Of a stretch of DNA of 64,000 bases, positions 55,009 through 64,000 are shown in pieces (the first letter of the stretch is position 1; each line of letters begins with the position of its first letter). Location of the stretch: positions 38,502,001 to 38,566,000 of the forward strand of contig OX597821.1 in assembly GCA_951406725.2 (NCBI GenBank), read 5' to 3'. This stretch comes from Octopus vulgaris. Its lineage: Eukaryota. Both the position numbers and the translations under genes were made by a program. The notes beneath the pieces are model-generated. The model saw only the letters and a list, made by a program, of their open reading frames with translations, was not told the DNA's origin and searched no databases.

Positions 55009-57006
55009 TTATTATTCGCTGAGGTATGTATGAATTTGAACTGCTGATCTGCAGTTTCTGGACTTCTTACTGACCAGCATCAATTCCTGCATTGCTCTTA
55101 TCTCTGTAACAATTCATCCAGCCATGAAACATATACAGCGTACCATTGTAAATCATATTTTCTTCCTCTCAAGCAAACTTTACATACAAATAAAATAGGT
55201 ATCGACTAAGTGGGTTTTGTAGTTCAGTATTTCTGAAGATCAACCTGTTTACAGCTACACCAGTTGAATATTTAAAGAGATATAGCTGAGAGGAAGACGA
55301 AGATAGATGCTTTTCTTTATTGGAATTTTTCAAATGCTTTTATTTAATCTCCTCTGTCTCCTGACTTAATCGATGTCATGCTACCGTCCGGTTCAAGGAT
55401 CAATGAATCGAGCCACACTTTTATCTCTCTTCTTTCTCACTCTCTTCATCGATTAACTCTGCTTCTACACCGTTTATAATGATGCTACTGCTGCTGCTGC
55501 TACATCGTCTGCTACTGCTACCACTCTTACTGCAGCTATTGATATTCCAGCTGAAGTTTCTAGTGCCATTGCTAGTGCCACTACTATCCACTCAGTAGAC
55601 ATACACCCTCACCCCCATCCTTTTGCATCTGTTACTAAATATCTTTTGTTATATTTTCTCGTTCCTGTTACTCGCCTAACCTAGACCCCCCCCACCCAAC
55701 TTTACCAAACAATGACTATATATGTAAATGTCATTCTAAATGCTATACAAAATACCCACCCATCCACTTACCCAAATAGTGCCATCCTGTAAGATTTTCC
55801 ATCATTCTTCTTTTTCCATTTTATTTTCTTCTCTCTATTCAAGACATAAACTGTATTCTTTTCAGAAATTAATCTATAGAAAATAAGCCAAGCATTCTTT
55901 CCTATCCAAAAGAAGCTAAAAAGAATAAATAAAACCATGCAAGCAGAGATGCTTATCTGTTTTTCCTTAATATGTCCTCTCATAATAAAGCATTACCATA
56001 ATCTTGATCAGAGTCATTCTCATTGATCTTTGGTTGCAGTTCCAACCCAAAATAACATCACAGTTCCCTAAACTGCATATCCTTTTAAAAAATAGCTTTC
56101 TAGATTAATAGTTCCATAAAACTGTGATCTTAAACCACTTCTTAACCTCCATCTATCCTGGCTGCTGGAATTAGCACTGTACATTTTATTAAATTCTGTC
56201 AAACTACTTTGCACTTGGCTTTAGTCTCCATTGGTAGAGATGCTGATATGTTACATTAAACATGATTTTCGGGTGTCCTCTGATATACCAATTTCAGATC
56301 CAACCAGGATTCAATATTCTTTTTGTTTATCCAGAACTAATTAAGTAGATTCTTCCAGGTGTATATACTTGTGGGAAACTTAAACTGCCATCTGAATATT
56401 AATGCTATCATCTGACTCTTGAGTGGCTTTTGATGGATTTTGCTCCATTTCAAACATCAGGGCCAGATCTTTGGCTTTAGGATAATTTCTTTCTCTCCAC
56501 TTTGGTAACACAAAAAAAAAAAGAAAAAAAAAATCGCAGGTGCTACCTTTCCTCCTCACATTAATCCTATTTTTAAAGAAAGATGGTTAATGTAGTGCTC
56601 CAGCAAATCTATGAACCTTTATTAGCGTCAAAAATAAACTACAGCTATTATTTCAGGGCAGGTTTTGAAATATGTATTACAAGCTATAAAAATACAAGTC
56701 ACTGAGAAATGAGCATCAAAATATATGTAATGCTTTCACTGTGTGTGCATTGCTCCTACCTTGTGGGGCCTGTTTACAGCTGAGTAAACTGACTCAGGAA
56801 ATGTGATCTGCTTGTTTATTAGAGGTTTAGTACAAAGATAATGATAAGAGGAAGACACAAAAATGGCAATCTACCAATCACATGCAATGAATTCTTCATA
56901 AAAATTGCTCATCCTTCATAGCAAGAGTTTTAAATAATGGAAATATGTATATCTTGTACTTGATGTATATGTCAGTTATATATGGTTTATATGCTGTATA
57001 TGTTAT

Positions 57007-57500
57007 ATCATCATCATCATCGTTTAACGTCCGCTTTCCATCCTAGCATGGGTTGGATGGTTTGACTGAGGGCTGGCAAACCACATGGCTGCACCAGGCT
57101 CCAGTCTTGATTTGGCAGAGTTTCTACAGCTGGATGCCCTTCCTAATGCTAGCCACTCCGAGAGGGTAGTGGGTGCTTTTTACATGCCACTGGCACAGGG
57201 GCCAGTCAGGTGGTACTGGCAACGACCTCGCTCAAATCTTTTTACACATACCAACGGCACAGGTGCCAGTAAGGCGATGCTGTTACCGATCCGCTCAAAT
57301 GGTGCCTCTTACATGCCACCAGCACGGAAGCCAGTTAGCTGCTCTGGCAACGATCATGCTTGGATGGTGCTCTTAGCACCCTACTAGCATGGGGCACAAG
57401 TGCCAGTAAGGCGAAGCTGGTAACGATCACACTCGAATGGTGCCTTTTATGTTCCACTGGCACAGAAGCCGGTTAGTCGCTCTGTCAATGATCACGCTTA
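57007..57500 (-). mobile_element. Family A retroelement 3' end, ~5 internal units
   Basis: (CAT)n cgtttaacgtccgctttcc, Family A motif and alternating units. Confidence 0.85.
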
Positions 57501-58229
57501 TCATTTATATACCCATATAAATGATGTATGTGACTGCTATGATTTCTATACTGCATATGCTCTATGTTGTATGTGTTACTATATGTTGTACATATTAACA
57601 TTAAATGTAACGAGAAATGTGGTCACATTAATGTATTTAAAACTATGAGCTAATGTGAATATTTATTTACTGACTTGGTTATAAATGATTAATAGACCAG
57701 AGAAGCCTTAATTGAAAAAATAAAAAAATCAACTGCCTGAAAGCTTAATGGAGTTTATCTGAATTCCAGCATTTTGTCTCTAGCTAATGTATTGAACTCC
57801 CGCATCATCATCATTATTATTTTACATCTGCTTTCCATACTGGCAAGAGCTGGATGAGTCCTGATCTGTATAGTTTTGAGTCACTGTACTCATCCCCTAG
57901 AAAATCTGAGCATCACATTCTACTCATACATGTTTCGTTTTTGGCATCGTTTTTATGGCTGGGTGTTCTTCCTAATACCAACTATTTCACAGAGTGTAAT
58001 GAGCACAATTTATCATGGCATTAACTGTAGAGAGGTTGTCAAGTCTTTGACAAGACAACACTGAAAGTTTCTCTCCTATGTTGTTTCTGTTTAATTGGTA
58101 ACAACTGTACAAAGTGTACTGGGTACGTTTTATTAAGGCACCATAAACAGCCCTGTACTGTTCTACCTGGTCTCCACCAATCTGAAGCAACACGACCAAT
58201 AGGACTGGTAGCAGAGAGATTGCAGAAGA

Positions 58230-58381
58230 TGAATTTGGGCGAGAGAGAGAAAGAAGCGATATTATGAATGGGGAAACGGTGGGGGTTAGGGTGAAAGTGT
58301 AGAAGAGGAGGGAAGGAATTGGGGAAACAATGGTTGAAGAGTAATGCAAGAGAGATAGTGATGGCAGCAGCATATTTACTG

Positions 58382-58416
<35 letters not shown>

Positions 58417-58509
58417 AGAAAGAAAAAAGACAGGGAGGAGGGGGAGAAAAAGAAAGAGAAAGTGTGAGAGAGAAATGGAGAGAGACAGTGAGGATAGAGT
58501 GACAGTGAG

Positions 58510-58558
<49 letters not shown>

Positions 58559-58760
58559 TGATGATTAATTGTAGAAAGGGTTGATAACAAGGAACAGTTG
58601 TGAATGACAATGAAGAGTGACTGGATGAGGAAGGGTGGTAGATAACAGTATAGAAGGATAATGTAAATTGGTCAGACCAGGCTAGAGGAATAAATAATAA
58701 AAATAACAATGATAAAAAGATAATGAATTTTAATAAAAAAGTAAAATGAAGCAGAGGGAG
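58230..58760. repeat. Purine-rich/(GA)n low-complexity tract
   Basis: Directly visible; source of the 260-aa SLSL ORF. Confidence 0.8.
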
Positions 58761-60816
58761 TAATGACACATCACACAGATAGGTAAATGGAAAGGTGATC
58801 AGGTGATCTAATGCAATTCCTCATTTTGGAAACAAATGCTGATGGTTAGGAGCAACTTATTATTCTGTGCTGTTATACAACATGATATCATAAGATATAA
58901 TATGATATAATACATCTCACCACACATATAGGCTTGCATGTAGAATTCAAAGTGTCTATTGGGAGGAGAGGAATTTACCAGAATCAAAGAAAAGTATTGA
59001 ATACGAGACTTGCAGAGTTAAAGCATTTATTTAATAAAGGTGACACTAACAGATAGTGGTTGTTTTATTGAAGAGAAATATTCAAAAAGAGATAATCGAT
59101 AAGATAAATGGAGTGAGTACAAAAACAGAAAACTGAATAAAACCTGCATATGAGATACTAACAAATCTATAGGTAAGTGTAAGTGAAGTTAAAATGAAAG
59201 GTAGTTATTTGCTAAATAAGGGAAGTATGGAGGAGAATGGTGTGAATATTTAAAGCTGGTTCATAAATGATTTTGGAAAAATCAGCCACATGTTTCTGAT
59301 ATTGTTTAATGCAAGTGACATAAACTATTTGATAATCAAAGAAAGAATATTGCCAGACTAAATGAGGAAGAAAGAATACATATATTGGATTGAGCAATTA
59401 CGAAACAATAATTAATTTCAGGTTATTAATATGATTAAGTAGGTTAAACTAAAAAGATAATGAGACAATGTTGAGATATTTAAATCTACAAAGGTATAGA
59501 TATTAGCAGAAGTAAGAAGATAGTAATTTAGCACATATGTGTGTGTGTGTGTGTAATATTTATATGTATATGTATTTCAATGTTCTGCGAATTACAAATA
59601 AAATTTACTTTGAGAGTAACCTAGTTAAAATTAATTTTCTTAGCACAACATTATATTTAGATGCTAACAAACATTTTCTTTTTACAAACCTAACGAAAGA
59701 TTATTTAATAATATATTAATAGTGATTTTAATCGTCAAACAAATATCATTTGTACTTTAGTCTTCAATATTAGCCGATGTATATATAAGTTCATATCTTC
59801 AGGCATACATGCTTTTGCAGAAGCTTCCCTATCTTAAACAAAGCAATTAGTTGTTCCAAACATTTTTCAGATACTATAGAATAAATACCACACTTTTAGC
59901 TCTCAAATGTAGAAACAGACATTGAAATACCCTGTGATATAATCCAGTTTCTGTCTTGAATGTTTTGTATAAATATAGCCAAAGAGTTTGATTTAATAAT
60001 TTTATTTGAAAAAATGTAAGTCCTATATGAACAGTAATAAAATTTCTGTAAAGATTTCTTTCCTTTGTAAAAATTTCAGCAGCACTATTAATTCAACATG
60101 AAGTATCAGTTAAATAACGGTAATGCCATTACTAAGAGTAGCTGGTAATTTAAGCTGTCACCACCCACTTAATCAAAGCCGCCTTGTCAGTTCATTAGTA
60201 TACAGCACCAAGGTAGAATTGAACCATACCTCAAAGCCAAAATTTTACTTTAGATTGTGAGAAATTAAGTGTAAGCAAAGGATACTTTTTGGTCAACCCA
60301 AGCAAGAAATGTGCTACCAGACTGTTAAAGAATATTTGAAGATTAAAGAGGACAAGTGAAACTACCTTTAATATGAACTGGTCTATCATTGCTTTCACAC
60401 CTGCTTAAAAGCATGGTAATAGTTCAGGAAAGCTAAGTTTAACCAAAATTTTTTGTATGTCAGTGTAAAATAGGAACAATTATAATTCAAGACGAGACAT
60501 TCTTAATTGTTTCCATAGATTGAAACATTTGCTTTGTAATTTTCAAAGCACACACACCACAGAAAAACTCTCTGCAAGAAATTTCTGACATTTTAGTTTT
60601 CAGCTTCTATCTTTGCTATTTCATTACCTACTTCTTGTTTATTTCTTGTTGTGGACTGTCTTTTATTATTTAGCAAATCTTTACAAATGAGAAATCAATT
60701 TGAGACATGTTCTGAAAATCAACAATCTTTTTCTCACCATTTTTCTGTAGTTTCCACTTGACCACTTCCATCATTACATTTTCTCCTTCTTTGATTCTGT
60801 AATATTTGAACATTGA

Positions 60817-61016
60817 GGTGGTGAGCTGACAGAATCGTTAGTATGCTGGGTGAAATGCTTACTGATATTTCGTCTGTAATTACATTCTAAGTTCAAATTC
60901 CACCGAGGTCAACTTTACTTTTCATCCTTTCGGGGTCGATAAATTAAGTACCAGTTGTGTACTGGGGTTGATCTAATTGACTGCCCCCCCCTCCCCAAAA
61001 ATTTGGGGTAGAAAAG
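60817..61016 (+). mobile_element. Family B SINE with 16-bp TSD
   Basis: aatatttgaacattga at 60801-60816 and 61017-61032. Confidence 0.92.
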
Positions 61017-61154
61017 AATATTTGAACATTGAATCATCATTTGTTAATAGTCTCAAATACTTTGATAAGCTTACAGCTGTAGCGTATATTTTATTCATCT
61101 CTTTCCATGATTTAATTATTTATTTAATTTTTACTTGATTTTTTTCCCAAAGCA

Positions 61155-61211
<57 letters not shown>

Positions 61212-61422
61212 GCAAGCTGGCAGAAATGTTAGCACACCAGGTGAAATGCTTAGTGGTATTTCATCTGTCTTTACATTCTGAGTTCAAATTCTACCAAGGT
61301 TAACTTTGCCTTTCAACCTTTTCGGATTGATAAATTAAGTACCAGTTGTGTACTGGGGTCAATCTAATTGACTGGCCCCCTCCCTCAAAATTTCGACCCT
61401 TGTGCCTTATAGTAGAAAAGAA
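61212..61422 (+). mobile_element. Family B SINE in (TA)n
   Basis: Colinear with the 60817 copy. Confidence 0.88.
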
Positions 61423-61439
61423 TATATATATATATATAC

Positions 61440-62450
61440 AGATAAAGGGTGAAATATAATTAATTTAATAAAATCAATAAATTTCGCCTAGTAGTAATTT
61501 CGGTATGGAAAGGACCATATTCGGTACAAATTTATATAATTATAATAAAAGATTTTTGTGCAACAAGTTACTTAAACCACATACTGAAAATATTAGAAAT
61601 ATATATATAAGTAAATGTAGGGATAAGCGAGTTGGGTAGGTCAATATATAAAATATATTTAATATGTGAAATAAAAAAATTTATATATGTTTAGATACAA
61701 AAAGATCTGACTTACACAGAATAGAAATGATATTGAGAATTAAAGGGGTTGAAGGAAAGTGTTACAAATCCAAAAGCTGTTTCTGGGGGCCCAGTGGTCC
61801 AAAATAATGCTTGTAGATTGACTCCATTGTCAGATGAGATGAGAATCTGTTTTCAGGGAAGAGATCTTACATCTGAGGTGTTGAAAGAAAGAAGTTCAAA
61901 GATAGAATGATTTTGTGGAGAAGTAAGTGTGTTGGAGGAGGGAATTGGGGAGATATTCAGGTAGAGAAAAGTGAGAGGAGAAAATAAATTTCAAGGGTTA
62001 GGGATTAATAAAGAGGCTGATAGGGAATTACAGAGGAGGAAGGTAGGAGGAAAAAGGAGGGTGGTGTAGGTTGTATGTGAATGGTAATCAATTGTGTTAG
62101 TTGTATGAAGTCTTTGTAGTTAATGGTTGAGATAGTGAGGAAGGGAATGGCCATTCTTTGAGGGAAATAAGTTGACTGGTTCAGTGACTGAGGGAGATTA
62201 CTAAAGTATGTAGAGAGGTATGAGAGAAGATAGAGGGGGGATAGAGTGGGGGATGAGTTGTCGGTCAATATAACAGTTGTTAGTGCGACAAAAGAATTGG
62301 GTTGGTATTGAATGGGGGGGGGGTGCCATGGTATGTAGAGTGGTATGAAATTGACCTTTTGTATATAAACATATTTACACTTTTTGTGTATTTCATGTAT
62401 TTAATGTACTTTATATATTGACCTGTCCAACTTGCTTATCCCCAGATTTA
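61440..62450 (-). mobile_element. Degenerate Penelope-like relic
   Basis: Inverted pair 61620-61650 / 62412-62442; decayed hammerhead on minus at ~61768-61836 (ctgacaa, possibly CpG-decayed ctgacga, ... gaaacagct). Confidence 0.45.
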
Positions 62451-63347
62451 CTTCTAAACCCATTCAAGTTTAAATCTCTTGAGCACTTCTAAGTGTATTC
62501 TACATAGAGAATAGCTGATTCTCATCTCTCTCTCAATATTTGAATGAGGGAGATAGAAGATGGAAGATACAAGAATGTTTATTATTAATCACTACAATTG
62601 TTTCGACCCCTCCAGCATCGATTCCTCAAGAGTTGGATACTTAACAACTGCTTATAAATGCACTTAACACAATGCAGTGGGAATGAATTTGAGTAACCAT
62701 TAACTAAATTAATAATCATAATTTACCTTAAGCTATGGATGAATTGAATTTAACTCTAGCCTCCCCATTATTATAAACAATAAGTAGCTAATTTAATTCA
62801 CTGTGTGAGCATATGTGCACAAAACCATGGATGTGAATAAGCTAATATCTTCATGGATGTTTGTACAAGTGAGTGTATGTGTGCCATGCATCCTAGGCGA
62901 GGGTGTTTATACATCTATATCTGTTAATGCTAATATTTATTACATTTATTACATGTATTGTGTAATTGTTGCTTATTTATTATTGATTTTATATAAAAAA
63001 TGAAGCTATATCCTTTAATTTGCTGCTTTTCTATACACAAATTGAGAAGATATCTTGCAGAACAGTTGTTATTTTGACAGGATACATCTTGCAATCACCT
63101 GAAAAGACACATCTATACCATCAGATACTCCTAAACCAGTTGCTTCATATCCCACCCATGAGGGATCGATGCGAGATTGGTTGAAACGATTCAAGTGATT
63201 AATGAACATTTTTGTATCTTCCATCTCTTTCATTATTCAAATACCCAACAAACACTGTGAAAGTGAATGTGCTTTACTGGTAAGCTACCAGGTGTATACC
63301 ATACGATTTATTGTCTAATATATATATGTGTATACATATTACTTACA

Positions 63348-63741
63348 GTGGAGGCGCAATGGCCCAGTGGTTAGGGCAGCGGACTCGCGGTCATAGGATC
63401 GCGGTTTCGATTCCCAGACCGGGCGTTGTGAGTATTTATTGAGCAAAAACACCTAAAGCTCCACGAGGCTCTGGCAGGGGATGGTGGTGATCCCTGCTGT
63501 ACTCTTTCACCACAACTTTCTCTCACTCTTACTTCCTGTTTCTGTTGTACCTGTATTTCAAAAGGGCCGGCCTTGTCACTCTCTGTGTCACGCTGAATCT
63601 CCCCGAGAACTACGTTAAGTGTACACGTGTCTGTGGAGTGCTCAGCCACTTACACGTTAATTTCACGAGCAGGCTGTTCCGTTGATTCGGATCAATCGGA
63701 ACCCTCGTCGTCGAAACTGACGGAGTGCTTCCATTTCCATC
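63348..63741 (+). mobile_element. Family E tRNA-derived SINE, young, full length, 13-bp TSD
   Basis: TSD catattacttaca at 63335-63347 and 63742-63754; intact A box tggcccagtgg and B box gtttcgattcc; CpGs retained. Confidence 0.95.
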
Positions 63742-64000
63742 CATATTACTTACAAATGTCAGGTGAGCTGTTTTAGAAAATAAATCATTTGTTCATGAGT
63801 TGCTGAAGCAATTACTCATTTGTGGTTTCCATATGCAATGGAAAGAATAAAGCGTCTTTTATGGTGATAATGTGCTGGCTGTAAGGAGCATTTGAACCAA
63901 TGGACATGGTAAATATCAGCTCTAACCTCACAGCACTGTGTCTCATAAACAACTGTAATTATAATTATCATACAAATTATTGAAAAAAATCTCTATTATA

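Noticed and set aside
63348-63425. tRNA gene
   Set aside because: tRNA-like head of a TSD-flanked SINE with three copies; no proper acceptor stem or poly-T terminator.

Overview
AT-rich eukaryotic DNA dominated by microsatellites and transposon debris. The repeat set (R4/Dong, CR1 and RTE LINE relics, tRNA-derived SINEs, very long (TA)n/(CATA)n tracts) fits a coleoid cephalopod, probably Octopus; this is inferred from recalled repeat families, not from a search. No convincing host protein-coding gene was found, so the window is probably intergenic or a large intron. Most long ORFs in the track are microsatellite artefacts. Real coding similarity is limited to dead mobile elements: at least six R4/Dong-like pieces, three CR1 pieces, two RTE pieces and two mariner derivatives. 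There are also piggyBac and hAT MITEs and a textbook non-autonomous Helitron. Most interesting points: (i) Penelope-like relics carrying minimal hammerhead ribozymes with repeated non-canonical cores (CCGAUGA and CUGUNGA); (ii) a TSD-flanked RTE 3' end resembling trematode RTEs as recalled; (iii) a retroelement 3' end with a hierarchical VNTR; (iv) an R4-like family that appears to target (CATA)n; (v) several long foldback hairpins. Boundaries of degenerate elements are approximate.
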